A stretch of 64,000 nt of DNA, from the NCBI GenBank assembly GCA_963754875.1, contig CAVWHO010000013.1, positions 64,001 through 128,000 of the forward strand, written 5' to 3'. Made by a program: the position numbers and the translations under genes. The notes below the pieces were generated by a model, which ran no database searches, was not told the origin of the DNA, and saw nothing but the letters and a program-made list of their open reading frames with translations. Positions 28,343 to 38,250 of the stretch are shown piece by piece (position 1 is the first letter of the stretch; the number at the start of each line of letters is the position of its first letter). Source of the DNA: Nitrospirota bacterium (GTDB lineage Bacteria; Nitrospirota; UBA9217).

Positions 28343-29047
28343 ATGAAGAAAAGTTTGGTAATCATTTTTTGCATCGTGCTTGCCGCAGGTACGGCTTTTG
28401 CCGAGAAAAAGCAGGCATTGACGACACAGAAGGAAAAGTTGAGCTATGCCATCGGTATCGACATGGGCACCAGCCTGAAAAAGAATGACATCGACGTAGA
28501 TCCCGACATCCTGTTCAGGGGAATCAAAGATGCCCTCTCGGGCGGCAAACCGCTCATGACCGAGCAGGAACTCAAGGAGACCATCCAGGCGGCGCAAAAA
28601 GAGCTCATGGCGAAACAACAGGAGAAGAGAAACACGCTCGCAGAGAAGAACAAGAAAGAAGGCGTAGAGTTCCTGGCCGCGAACAAAAAGAAGAAGGGGG
28701 TCAAAACCCTGCCGGACGGTCTGCAGTACAAGGTCATTACCGAAGGGAAGGGCCAGATGCCCAAGGCAACGGACACGGTGACGGTGAATTACAAAGGTAC
28801 GCTCATTGACGGCACCGAATTCGACAGCTCGTATAAACGCAAAGAACCGGCGACCTTCCCGGTGAGCGGCGTGATCAAAGGCTGGACAGAGGCGTTACAG
28901 CTGATGCCGGTGGGCTCCACGTGGGAGCTCTTCGTCCCCGCTGATCTTGCCTACGGAGAGCGCGGCACGATGGGCGGCCCCATCGGCCCGAACGCGGTCC
29001 TGATCTTCGAGGTCGAGCTGCTTTCGATCAAGCCCGCTGCAAAGTAG
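28343..29047 (+). CDS. FKBP-type peptidyl-prolyl isomerase (Mip/FkpA-like)
   Basis: Signal peptide; SYAIG, FDSS, VIKGW and LAYG motifs. Confidence 0.95.
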   Translation: MKKSLVIIFCIVLAAGTAFAEKKQALTTQKEKLSYAIGIDMGTSLKKNDIDVDPDILFRGIKDALSGGKPLMTEQELKETIQAAQKELMAKQQEKRNTLAEKNKKEGVEFLAANKKKKGVKTLPDGLQYKVITEGKGQMPKATDTVTVNYKGTLIDGTEFDSSYKRKEPATFPVSGVIKGWTEALQLMPVGSTWELFVPADLAYGERGTMGGPIGPNAVLIFEVELLSIKPAAK

Positions 29048-29212
29048 TTCGCTGACAGGGAAAAGGTAAACGAACCAGGAAATCAGGGCGGGGAAAGGGA
29101 GAACTTTTTTATCCTCCTTTTCCCCGCTTTTTTCCTGCTGAGAACAGCCGGTTTCATCGGGTTTGCTTTTTGGATTTGACCTGAGTAAAGAACTTCGCTT
29201 CAGTATATGGGA

Positions 29213-30010
29213 TCACTTCTGCCGCGCCACTTCTCCGCCCCATTCCTTCAGTTTTCCCGTGATAAAATCGATGATTTGTTGATGTTCGTCGCTACCGCGG
29301 TCCTTGATACGAAGCGGGCCCCCGAAGGCGAAGTGCACCGTCTTTGCAGGCACGATCCTGCCGAAGTCTTTAAGGAACTTCCCGTTGCCCCAGGCATCGG
29401 TTTTGAGGGCAATGGGCACGACCGGCACGCCCGCGCGTTTCGCGAGTTTGATCCCTATCGAGTTGAATTGTTCCGGATCGAAGACAGGCGTGCGCGTGGT
29501 CTGCGGGAAAATGATAATGGACGTTCCGGCTCTCAGGCGTTCGGCGCCTCCTTCCAGCACCGCCTTCAGGTCGTCCCGCGGGTTTGCTCTGCCCACGGTA
29601 ACGGGGTTTCTTGCACGCATGACATATTTGAAGACCGGGTACTCAACGAGACTTTGTTTGACGACAAAGGTCGCTTCCTTGAACGAAGAAATGAGGACCG
29701 GCAGGACGAAGGTCTCGAGGGTGCTCATGTGGTTGCCGATGAATATACAGGGGCCTTCGAGCGACCGAAAGTTGTCGAGGCCGGTGACCTCGATTCTGCT
29801 TCCGACGTACTCGAGCGCATGGAGGGTGTCCAGGCTGCTGCCGCACCACGCCGCCGTATCGTAAGCGCCCCGTTTTGCTTTTTTGCTGGCCTGCCTAACG
29901 ATCCGGATGATATGGAGGTAAAACGAGAACGAGGGAAAGAGCCTGGCAAGGATTGCTACCCGTCCCGGCTTCGTAATATAGGAACCACTTTGCAAGTCTA
30001 TCGGCTTCAC
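29213..30010 (-). CDS. Lysophospholipid acyltransferase (PlsC family)
   Basis: NHMSTLE and IIFPQTTR motifs; GTG start inferred. Confidence 0.85.
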   Translation of the reverse strand: MKPIDLQSGSYITKPGRVAILARLFPSFSFYLHIIRIVRQASKKAKRGAYDTAAWCGSSLDTLHALEYVGSRIEVTGLDNFRSLEGPCIFIGNHMSTLETFVLPVLISSFKEATFVVKQSLVEYPVFKYVMRARNPVTVGRANPRDDLKAVLEGGAERLRAGTSIIIFPQTTRTPVFDPEQFNSIGIKLAKRAGVPVVPIALKTDAWGNGKFLKDFGRIVPAKTVHFAFGGPLRIKDRGSDEHQQIIDFITGKLKEWGGEVARQK

Positions 30011-30250
30011 GCGGCGCTCCCAGATAATGGATCCCGCGACTTGCAATCCCGGCTCCTGCCGGGGGATTGCGACGTAAACCGCGGGGGGTCGTGTTGTTGG
30101 AGCCTCCGGCCCCTTGCCGGAAGGGGCTCCACTTGTTTCCTTTGTGGCGGCCCAGTATACCACGGCCGGGAAAAAGAGTGAAGGGGGAACTGTGATAAAT
30201 GCAGTAAAAAATGCTTGCAAAGGCCCGGCGAAAAAGAGAAAATAAGCGCC

Positions 30251-31807
30251 ATGCATGATCGCTCGCTCAAACACGACGTAGCGCAGATGGTGATGCCGCG
30301 GATCGACGGCGGCATGCTCGAAGATCCCCGGTATGCTCTTCAGGCGCAGTCGCTTGTTCAGGAAGGGATCGGCGGGTTTATCCTGTTCGGCGGATCGATC
30401 GCGCTGACGCCAAAGCGGCTTCAGGAGCTTCAGAAGGCATCCGAGATACCGCTCTTGATTTCCTCCGACGTCGAACGCGGTCTCGGCCAGCAGCTTGCTG
30501 GCGGGACGAGGTTCCCGAACCAGCGGGCCGTTGCTTCAGCCGTCAACCGGCGGTCGAAAAAGGACATCGGCCTTCTCGACCGGATGCTGGACGCCGTACG
30601 CATCGAAACGCGCGCCGCAGGCATTCATGCGGTTTTTTCTCCCGTCGTCGACGTGAACAATAATCCGGACAACCCCATCATCTGCACGCGTGCGTTCGGC
30701 GATGAACCCGGCGTGGTCGAATGGTTCGGCTCGCGCTACATCAAAGGGCTGCAGAAACCGACAGCCAGGGGCAGGGTCGATCTCCTGGCCTGCGCCAAGC
30801 ATTTCCCGGGGCACGGGGACACGGACCAGGACTCTCACTCCGTCCTTCCGGTTATCCGTGCGGACCGGCAGCGTTTGAACCGGGTCGAACTCCCTCCCTT
30901 TCGCGAAGCGGTAAAGGACGGCGTCGGTATGATCATGGTGGCGCACCTGCTCGTTCCTGCTCTGGAACCGGAAAAACCGACCACGTTTTCGAAAAAAACC
31001 GTTACCGCGTTGCTGCGAGAAGGCATGGGATTCGGGGGCTTGATCGTATCCGATGCCCTGGACATGGGCGCACTTGCCCGGGATTATTCTCCGGAAGAAA
31101 TTGCGGTGAGGGCCGTAGAGGCGGGCATCGATATCCTTCTCCACCCGGGCGATGCGCGCCGGACGATCGAAGCCGTCGTCAGAGCCGTGGAGGAGGGGCG
31201 CCTTACCCGGCAGCACATTGCCGAATCTGTTGAGCGGATCATGGCGGCAAAGACGAGGTTGGGACTGTTCGATAAGACCGCGCCCACGGCCACGGCCGAT
31301 TACCGGAAACATGCACACATCGCCCGCGAACTCGGCGGCAAGGCGCTCCGCGTCGTGTCGGGCAATAAGAAAATATTCCCCCTTTCCCGAAAAGCGGGGG
31401 TGGCCTGCTTTATCCTTGATGACGACAATAACACGGAGGCCGGGAATGCATTCATCCATGCAATGCGTGAGCGGTATCGCAATTTGTCGGTGCTCGTCCT
31501 GACGCCGGGCTCCGATATGCCCGAATCCCTGGTGCTGGACAGCATCCTCGCGGCGGAGTTCACCGTGCTGGCCGTCTTCTCCAACATATCGGCGTCGAAA
31601 GGGCACTCGGGGCTCACCGACAAGCTCCACGACATGGTGCTCAAACTTTTGCGCAATACACAAAAAGTGAACGGGAAATCCGTTTTGGTTTCCTTTGACA
31701 GCCCCTATTTGCTGGACCGGTTTGTCGATGCCGACCTGCGTATAGCGGCATACGATCGTATGAACGAGATCCAGCATGCCGCAGTAGTGCTGTTGGCGGG
31801 GGAATGA
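30251..31807 (+). CDS. nagZ: GH3 beta-N-acetylhexosaminidase (NagZ-like)
   Basis: KHFPGHGDTDQDSH and SDALDM motifs. Confidence 0.88.
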   Translation: MHDRSLKHDVAQMVMPRIDGGMLEDPRYALQAQSLVQEGIGGFILFGGSIALTPKRLQELQKASEIPLLISSDVERGLGQQLAGGTRFPNQRAVASAVNRRSKKDIGLLDRMLDAVRIETRAAGIHAVFSPVVDVNNNPDNPIICTRAFGDEPGVVEWFGSRYIKGLQKPTARGRVDLLACAKHFPGHGDTDQDSHSVLPVIRADRQRLNRVELPPFREAVKDGVGMIMVAHLLVPALEPEKPTTFSKKTVTALLREGMGFGGLIVSDALDMGALARDYSPEEIAVRAVEAGIDILLHPGDARRTIEAVVRAVEEGRLTRQHIAESVERIMAAKTRLGLFDKTAPTATADYRKHAHIARELGGKALRVVSGNKKIFPLSRKAGVACFILDDDNNTEAGNAFIHAMRERYRNLSVLVLTPGSDMPESLVLDSILAAEFTVLAVFSNISASKGHSGLTDKLHDMVLKLLRNTQKVNGKSVLVSFDSPYLLDRFVDADLRIAAYDRMNEIQHAAVVLLAGE

Positions 31808-31892
31808 AAAAGTTCAGAGCTCACCGTACCCTGCACCGACATATTCCCGGCCCGCGGTCAATCCGGCCAGGGGCACTGGGCGCTTTGTCGCT

Positions 31893-32513
31893 ATGATCAG
31901 AGTCGTCATCATCTTTTTTCTCTTCGTTTTCATCCACAGCATTACTGTCTCGAAAATATTCAAGCATGCCTGCAGTGCCTTTTTCGGCGAGACTTTTATG
32001 CGCGTGTATTACCGGGCGCTGTACAATTCCCTCAGTTTTCTCACCGCGGGTTTAACGTTTTATCTCATACACGAAGTCCCCGACCGGCAACTGTGGACAG
32101 CACCGGGATGGCTGCAGTGGGTCATGCATGCGATCCAGCTGGCGGGAGTCGTCTTCGGATCGCTCGCATTCAAACACCTCGATACCGGCGAGTTCCTCGG
32201 CCTCAAGCAAATAGCAAGGTACTGGAAGCGCCGCGAAGTGGCGGGGAATGTCGAAGGGTTGACCCGGAACGAGCTGGTTACGACCGGCGTGTACGGCATT
32301 GTCCGTCATCCTATGTATCTCGCAGGGATCGTTATCTTTACGTTCAATCCATACCTTACACGCAACAGCCTCACGATTTCGGGCTTCGCGGACCTCTATT
32401 TTCTGTTCGGCGCGTTCATTGAAGAACGAAGATTTGTCGTTATTTTCGGGGACCAATACCGGGAGTATGTGAAACGCGTACCGCGGCTGATACCAAAGAT
32501 TTTGTACCGTTGA
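31893..32513 (+). CDS. Isoprenylcysteine carboxylmethyltransferase/NnrU-like membrane protein
   Basis: GVYGIVRHPMY, EERR and YREYVKRVPRLIP motifs. Confidence 0.85.
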   Translation: MIRVVIIFFLFVFIHSITVSKIFKHACSAFFGETFMRVYYRALYNSLSFLTAGLTFYLIHEVPDRQLWTAPGWLQWVMHAIQLAGVVFGSLAFKHLDTGEFLGLKQIARYWKRREVAGNVEGLTRNELVTTGVYGIVRHPMYLAGIVIFTFNPYLTRNSLTISGFADLYFLFGAFIEERRFVVIFGDQYREYVKRVPRLIPKILYR

Positions 32514-32591
32514 GGGCGCTGAACAAGAAGAGCGGTCTCCCCGCAACAAGGGCCTGCTTATCGGGGCGGGAGGGCGCGAAGGAAAAAGTGG

Positions 32592-33119
32592 TCAGCTGTC
32601 CTCCTTGAGCACGGCAATATAAGGAAGGTTCCTATACAGCTCGTTGTAGTCCAATCCGTATCCCACGACGAACGAGTCCGGGATTTCGAAGCCCCGATAG
32701 GCGATCGGAACATCGACGAGACGGCGGCACGATTTGTCGAACAAGACAGCCGCTTTCAGGCTGGCAGGTTTTCTTTCCGCGAGCATCTTCATGAGGCAGT
32801 CAAACGTCTCGCCGGTATCAATGATCGTGTCGACCAGCAGCACATGCCTGCCTGCGATGTCCGATTCCAGATCTTTTTTAATGACAACATTCCTCGATGA
32901 ATTCGTGGACCTGCCGTAACTTGAAGCCTGGATGAATTCGACGGTGAGCGGGCAGGAGATGCTGCGCACCAGGTCCGTCGTGAATATGGCGGCGCCTTTC
33001 AGAATACTGACGACGATCAGCTCCTTCCCGTCATAATCCCGTGAGATCAGCCCGCCAAGTTCCTGGACCTTGTCTGCGATAGCCTCTTCGTTGAATAGAA
33101 TTTCTCCGATTTCGCTCAT
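32592..33119 (-). CDS. hpt: Hypoxanthine phosphoribosyltransferase
   Basis: ILKGA, VLLVDTIIDTG and FVVGYGLDYNELYRNLP motifs. Confidence 0.93.
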   Translation of the reverse strand: MSEIGEILFNEEAIADKVQELGGLISRDYDGKELIVVSILKGAAIFTTDLVRSISCPLTVEFIQASSYGRSTNSSRNVVIKKDLESDIAGRHVLLVDTIIDTGETFDCLMKMLAERKPASLKAAVLFDKSCRRLVDVPIAYRGFEIPDSFVVGYGLDYNELYRNLPYIAVLKEDS

Positions 33120-33241
33120 ACTATTGATCTCTCTCCCTTATACTGCATTGTTCGACTCTCCCCGTGAACTTCCTTAATCTGCAAAAGATACAGCATATTG
33201 ATATAATTGTAAAGAGAGGCCTGCCAAGGGGGGGATGATTT

Positions 33242-33799
33242 ATGAAAAAGGAGGCCCTGCTTATAATTGACATGGTGAACGACTTCGTGCTTCCCGGGTC
33301 TCCGCTTGAAGTGCCTGAGACAAGAAAAATAATTCCGGTCATTATACAGGAGATCGAACGGGCGCACGCCGTGGGCAACCCGGTCATTTATGTTTGCGAT
33401 GCCCATGCAGTTGACGACAAGGAATTTTCGAAGTTTCGTTGGCCGGCCCATGCAGTAAGAGGTACGAACGGGGCGGCGATCGTCGCCGAATTGAAACCTG
33501 CAAAAGGCGATATCGTCATTCACAAGACGACCTATTCGGGATTCTTCCGTACCAACCTGGATAAAACCCTGAAAAGGCTGGGAGTCGATGCGCTCAGGCT
33601 CACGGGAGACGTGACGCATATCTGCATCTTGTTCACGGCATCGGACGCAGTTCTTCGCGACTACGCCGTTACCGTGGTCAAAGACGGCGTTGCCGGCATC
33701 TCCCGGGAAGACCATGAGGCGGCGCTTCGCATCATGAAGAATGTCATGGCCGTTGCAGTCGTACCATCAGGAGCAGCTTCGGGCAGAAAAGCAGCGTGA
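33242..33799 (+). CDS. pncA: Nicotinamidase/isochorismatase family cysteine hydrolase
   Basis: IIDMVNDF, KTTYSGF and THICI motifs; adjacent to pncB. Confidence 0.85.
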   Translation: MKKEALLIIDMVNDFVLPGSPLEVPETRKIIPVIIQEIERAHAVGNPVIYVCDAHAVDDKEFSKFRWPAHAVRGTNGAAIVAELKPAKGDIVIHKTTYSGFFRTNLDKTLKRLGVDALRLTGDVTHICILFTASDAVLRDYAVTVVKDGVAGISREDHEAALRIMKNVMAVAVVPSGAASGRKAA

Positions 33800-33855
33800 G
33801 TGCGGAACAACCGACTCACTGCATGCCGTTGAGAAAAGGCTTTCGCTCTCTTTTC

Positions 33856-33926
33856 CGTCATTCCCGCGCAGGCGGGAATCCAGGCTTTCAGGTTGCTACT
33901 GGATCCCCGTTTTCACGGGGATGACG
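33856..33926. repeat. REP-like element (GTCATTCC family)
   Basis: CGTCATTCCCGCGCAGGCGGGAATCCAG ... CTGGATCCCCGTTTTCACGGGGATGACG. Confidence 0.8.
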
Positions 33927-34021
33927 AAAGAGGACGCAGGAGATGGCTTTTTCCACAAGCCGCTCAAGGCTTTATTTTCGCAAGGGTTCGCCACGAGCCG
34001 CTGTAAAAAGAGGGAGGCTTC

Positions 34022-35182
34022 ATGTTTCTCACCGCTGATCCCCAGGAAATACTCGAAGGCAAGATCACTGATGTCTATTTCGAGCGGGCGCTCAAGATAC
34101 TGAAGGCCAGGAACGTCAACCCCGCGGTAAAAGCAGAATTTATCGCCAAGAGCCTGCCGAAGAACCGGCTCTGGGCCCTGTTCACGGGACTGGGAGAGGC
34201 CATGGAACTGATGGAGCACCTGAAAATCAAGGTACGGGCCATGCGCGAAGGCACGGTCTTCCATCCCTATGAGCCGGTAATGGAGATTGAGGGCAGGTAC
34301 CAGGACTTCATTGTATTCGAGACGGCGCTTCTCGGGCTCATCTGCCAGGCTTCGGGCATCTCCACGCAGGCTGCGCGCATGAAGAAGCTTGCAGGCGACC
34401 GGCTCGTCATGAGTTTCGGCGCCCGCAGAATGCACCCGGTCCTTGCGCCGATGATCGAGCGGAACGCCTATGTGGGCGGGTGCGACGGCGTGGCGGTGGT
34501 CAAGTCCGGACAGGTGATCGGCGAGGACCCCATGGGCACCATGCCGCACTCTTTGATCCTGTGTATGGGCTCGACCGTCGAGGCGCTCAAGGCCTATGAC
34601 GAGGTGCTCGATCCTAAGCTCAAACGGGTCGCCCTTATCGACACATTCCAGGACGAAAAATTCGAGGTGTTGAACGTGGCCCAGGCGCTGGGAGAGCGGC
34701 TCTCTGCCGTGCGGTTCGATACGCCGACGTCGCGTCGCGGTGATTTTTACCGGATTCTTGAAGAAGCGCGGTGGGAGCTGGAATTGCGCGGCCTCGGCCA
34801 TGTCAGGTTTTACGTGAGCGGCGGCATCTCCGAGGAAGATATCCCTGTTCTCAATCCCCTGGTCCACGGCTACGGCATCGGGACGTCGATCAGCAATGCT
34901 CCGGTCATCGATTTTGCCATGGACCTCGTGGAGATCGACGGCAAGCCGCTGGCAAAGCGGGGCAAGTGGTCGGGAAGTAAGCGTGTGCTCGCTTGTACGG
35001 CATGCGGCGCTCGGAAGATCATCCCGAACACGGATGCAGAAGCGCAGACATGCCCGTGCGGGGGAGCTTTTACCGATATCGTGGTCCCTGTGCTCGATCA
35101 CGGGACACGGCTTGTGGGGCCGGAGCCGCCTGCCCGGATCCGGGAAACAGTGATGGCAGCCGTGAGACAGCTGGCGCTCTGA
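34022..35182 (+). CDS. pncB: Nicotinate phosphoribosyltransferase
   Basis: TDVYF, FGARR, GTMPH, VRFDTP and SGGI motifs. Confidence 0.92.
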   Translation: MFLTADPQEILEGKITDVYFERALKILKARNVNPAVKAEFIAKSLPKNRLWALFTGLGEAMELMEHLKIKVRAMREGTVFHPYEPVMEIEGRYQDFIVFETALLGLICQASGISTQAARMKKLAGDRLVMSFGARRMHPVLAPMIERNAYVGGCDGVAVVKSGQVIGEDPMGTMPHSLILCMGSTVEALKAYDEVLDPKLKRVALIDTFQDEKFEVLNVAQALGERLSAVRFDTPTSRRGDFYRILEEARWELELRGLGHVRFYVSGGISEEDIPVLNPLVHGYGIGTSISNAPVIDFAMDLVEIDGKPLAKRGKWSGSKRVLACTACGARKIIPNTDAEAQTCPCGGAFTDIVVPVLDHGTRLVGPEPPARIRETVMAAVRQLAL

Positions 35183-35310
35183 CCCGTCCGGTTGAGAATG
35201 CCTCGCCGGTCTGCAAAAAATTTCGTTAAATATCATTGACAGGCAAGGCGGAGTGGACTATTGTATGGGTTGAAAAGCTGGCACGCCGGATCAGGAAATC
35301 GGATGTCCCT

Positions 35311-35628
35311 ATGATAAACAAGAGCACTGAGAAAAGAATATGTCCGCGCTTCGACTTTCCCCTGCCTGTCGAGTTCAAGGCAGATGCAGAAAATAACGAA
35401 AAAGTCTATAAGGGCGTTGTCGTCAATATCAGTCTCACTGGAGTAGGCGCCTATTTTTTCCAACCCCTCGAACAAGGCCAGAATATCACGTTCAAGAACA
35501 CCCTCCCGGTTGAATGCAGCACTGCCGCCGTACTCTGGACTAAAAAGATAGACTCCCGTTTATATATAACCGGCCTGAAGTTCCTGGACCGGGCTGCTCA
35601 TTCCCTGACCCCACTGCGGTTTTTCTGA
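35311..35628 (+). CDS. PilZ domain protein
   Basis: EKRICPRF (RxxxR) and NISLTG motifs. Confidence 0.8.
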   Translation: MINKSTEKRICPRFDFPLPVEFKADAENNEKVYKGVVVNISLTGVGAYFFQPLEQGQNITFKNTLPVECSTAAVLWTKKIDSRLYITGLKFLDRAAHSLTPLRFF

Positions 35629-35721
35629 AGCAAGACATCACTCCATTACCTTCAAGCATTCCCGAGCCTCATTCCCGCAGCGTTTCGCAAAGAACGCCCT
35701 CGACTAGATAAGTCTGCTTTC

Positions 35722-35750
35722 TTGACACATGCCTCTTCCTGGGATATAAT
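35722..35750 (+). promoter_or_regulatory. Consensus sigma70 promoter of the marR-doxX operon
   Basis: TTGACA-17 nt-TATAAT. Confidence 0.8.
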
Positions 35751-35798
35751 TAGTTCAACGTTAAATAGTTTAGTATTAATGTGCATAGCGACGGGCCT

Positions 35799-36248
35799 AT
35801 GAAAAGCACTCATTACAAGGGAGCGAAGGACGAAACGAGGGCGTTGAATGCCTACGTTAAACTGACGCGGGCATCGGACGCAATATCAACGCGTATTCAC
35901 CGGCATTTGGGAGACGTCGGGCTGACAATCAGCCAGTTCGGCGTGCTGGAAGCGATTTATCACGTCGGTCCCTTGAGCCAGGCAGAACTGGCAAAGAAAA
36001 TACTGAAGAGCACCGGAAATATCACGATGGTCATCGACAACCTGGAAAAGAGGGGCCTCGTAAGACGCGAGCGGAAACAGGCTGACCGGCGTTACTATGC
36101 GATCCAACTGACGCCGGAAGGAGAAAAACTGATCAGCAGTATCTTCCCCCGCCACGCGGGAAAGATCGTGGAAACGATGAATGTCCTCACCAAAGCAGAG
36201 CAGGAAAAGCTGGGGCAGTTGTGCAGAAAATTGGGGCTCGCGGAATAG
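35799..36248 (+). CDS. MarR family regulator (MhqR-like)
   Basis: LTISQFGVLE, NITMVIDNLEKRGLV and DRR motifs. Confidence 0.92.
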   Translation: MKSTHYKGAKDETRALNAYVKLTRASDAISTRIHRHLGDVGLTISQFGVLEAIYHVGPLSQAELAKKILKSTGNITMVIDNLEKRGLVRRERKQADRRYYAIQLTPEGEKLISSIFPRHAGKIVETMNVLTKAEQEKLGQLCRKLGLAE

Positions 36249-36353
36249 GTTTGGGTTCTTTGAAACGAAAGTACTTCATACGGGGAAAAGCATCTATCGC
36301 TGAAAAGCGGCAGTTATTAAGGAAGTCATTTGAACTTCAAGAAGGAGGCAGAC

Positions 36354-36803
36354 ATGTTAAAAAAGTTATTTCAAACAAACGATGATGTTGCGCTGCTGGT
36401 GCTGAGGGTGGCCCTTGGGTACGTGTTTTTCTTTCACGGCATGCAGAAGCTTACGACCATGTACGGAGGGTACGGTTTCACAGGGACGCTCGGATTCTTT
36501 ACCGCGAAACTTGGTATACCGACGGTGTTCGCGTTTCTGTCGATTATGGCCGAAGGCATCGGCTGGGCCGGCTTGATTGCCGGGTTGTTGACCCGGATCG
36601 CAGCTTTGGGCATTGCCGTGAACATGGCGGTAGCCGTGTATATGATGCATTTCCAGAATGGGATCTTTATGAACTGGTTTGGTAACCAGAAGGGCGAAGG
36701 CTATGAATATCATCTTCTCGTGATTGCCATCGGGATTGCGCTTATTATCAGGGGCGGCGGCAAATGGTCGATTGATAAGGTAATTGCCGACGGGATGAAG
36801 TAA
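36354..36803 (+). CDS. DoxX family membrane protein
   Basis: HGMQKL, GLLTRIAA and GYEYHLL motifs. Confidence 0.92.
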   Translation: MLKKLFQTNDDVALLVLRVALGYVFFFHGMQKLTTMYGGYGFTGTLGFFTAKLGIPTVFAFLSIMAEGIGWAGLIAGLLTRIAALGIAVNMAVAVYMMHFQNGIFMNWFGNQKGEGYEYHLLVIAIGIALIIRGGGKWSIDKVIADGMK

Positions 36804-37158
36804 CTAATACCAGGTGGGTGTCATCAATAAGGGGTCGCTGAAAAGCGACTCTGTTTTTTTTTTGCCGTCATTCCGGCGTTGCCGGGTATTTTGTATTATA
36901 CGGCAAGTGCCCATAAGAATATCAATGGTTATCCTGCATTTGATTTTACAACCTTTCCTCTTTCTGCTACACTGGGCTGGATTCCAGGTACAGAATCAAG
37001 GACGACTTCCCGTCTCGCATTACTGACGCAGCTTTTCCACGGGTATCTCGGACTCTCGTGGCATCCCTTTTACTAAACTCGCTAATACCGGAAATCCGAT
37101 ATTAGTTTTGCACAAAATGTTACGTCCGTTTCGATAACTGGTTGAATTTGGAGAGGAG

Positions 37159-37452
37159 ATGCCAATGGATCGACTTACGACAACTATCAAACGCCCCTGG
37201 CTTGCGGAAATCATTGCTGGCATCAAAAAAATAGAATATCGAGAGATCAAACCGTACTGGCGTGATCGCTTAGCTCAGGTGAAAATACCCTTTGAATTAA
37301 GATTAATCAATGGCATGCAGCGCCGCGCCCCCGAAGTCACTGTTCTCATCAACAAAGTGAAGAAAGATATACGCAATGGCGTCTATGAATTGCATATCCG
37401 TAAAGTTATCTCGTTCATGAACTGGGATCGTTCTCGTAGCGTGCGAAGGTAA
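37159..37452 (+). CDS. ASCH/PUA-domain protein
   Basis: IKRPWLAEIIAGIKKIEYR (GxKxxExR ASCH motif). Confidence 0.8.
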   Translation: MPMDRLTTTIKRPWLAEIIAGIKKIEYREIKPYWRDRLAQVKIPFELRLINGMQRRAPEVTVLINKVKKDIRNGVYELHIRKVISFMNWDRSRSVRR

Positions 37453-37507
37453 CGCTGGCTACAGCCCCAGCCATCAAATCACCTGGCCCGCCAGCGAAAA
37501 GCACCAC

Positions 37508-37536
37508 TTGACATTAATAAACAATTTGTTTATAAT
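37508..37536 (+). promoter_or_regulatory. higBA promoter with palindromic operator
   Basis: TTGACA-17-TATAAT containing ATAAACAA-T-TTGTTTAT. Confidence 0.8.
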
Positions 37537-37542
37537 CTTCCC

Positions 37543-37824
37543 ATGATTCAGTCATTTGCCTCCTCCGAAACGGAACGTTTTTTTGCCACTGGAAAATCTC
37601 GCCGCTTGCCGCAGGACATGCTGAAGCGAGCAGCAATGCGCTTGACGCAATTGGACGGAGCCGTGAGTCTCGACGATTTGCGCATCCCGACTTCCAACAA
37701 ACTGGAGGCGTTGGCTCATGACCGCGCCGGTCAATGGAGCATTCGCATTAACGATCAGTGGCGAGTATGTTTCCGATTTAAAAATGGTGACGCTTATGAC
37801 GTTGAAATCGTTGATTATCACTAA
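37543..37824 (+). CDS. higB: HigB toxin (RelE/ParE family)
   Basis: MIQSF...NKLEAL..DRAGQWSIRINDQWRVCF...VEIVDYH. Confidence 0.93.
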   Translation: MIQSFASSETERFFATGKSRRLPQDMLKRAAMRLTQLDGAVSLDDLRIPTSNKLEALAHDRAGQWSIRINDQWRVCFRFKNGDAYDVEIVDYH

Positions 37825-37837
37825 AGGAGACACAAAC

Positions 37838-38135
37838 ATGGTTAAGAATGGTTTGCCTGCAATTCATCCGGGAGAATTCCTGGCAGAAATCTTGGGAGAA
37901 ATGGGTATATCTCAGGCTGAGTTCGCGCGCACTATCGGGGTATCGCCGATGCGGATTTCGCATGTTATCAAAGGGCGATCGTCCGGTAACAGCGGAACTG
38001 GCATTGTTGTTCGGTCGTGCGTTTAACCAGACGCCGCAATACTGGCTCAATCTTCAGGCGTCTTACGATTTAAAAATCGCGAAGGCGAGTATCGGTAAGC
38101 GCCTTGCTGGTATACATGCCCTCGCACATGCCTAA
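37838..38135 (+). CDS. higA: HigA antitoxin (frameshift near 37975)
   Basis: IHPGEFL and HTH, then PVTAELALLF...YWLNLQASYDL in the next frame. Confidence 0.9.
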
Positions 38136-38162
38136 TCTTCTTCTAGCAATACTCGAAAATAA

Positions 38163-38221
38163 TTCCAACATGCGGGTCGTGTGGGTCGCTGAGAAGCGCG
38201 CCCTACACCCGCGCGTTGACT
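38163..38221 (+). other. attC: Solitary attC site
   Basis: TTCCAAC atgcg ggtCgtg ... tacacc cgcgc GTTGACT; shares GGGTCGCT...GCGCGCCC with attC 4. Confidence 0.8.
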
Positions 38222-38250
38222 CTAAGATATCGACCTAAGCGAGGGACACA

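Noticed and set aside
33896..35236. Long antisense ORFs (446 aa here; also 40131..41444, 30536..31777 and 55105..56013)
   Set aside because: Shadow ORFs of well-supported genes in GC-rich DNA, with no recognisable motifs
37446..37503. Possible attC between ASCH and higB (GGTAAC GCTGGC...GCCAGC)
   Set aside because: No GTT R' box and poor L-box pairing; at most a decayed remnant
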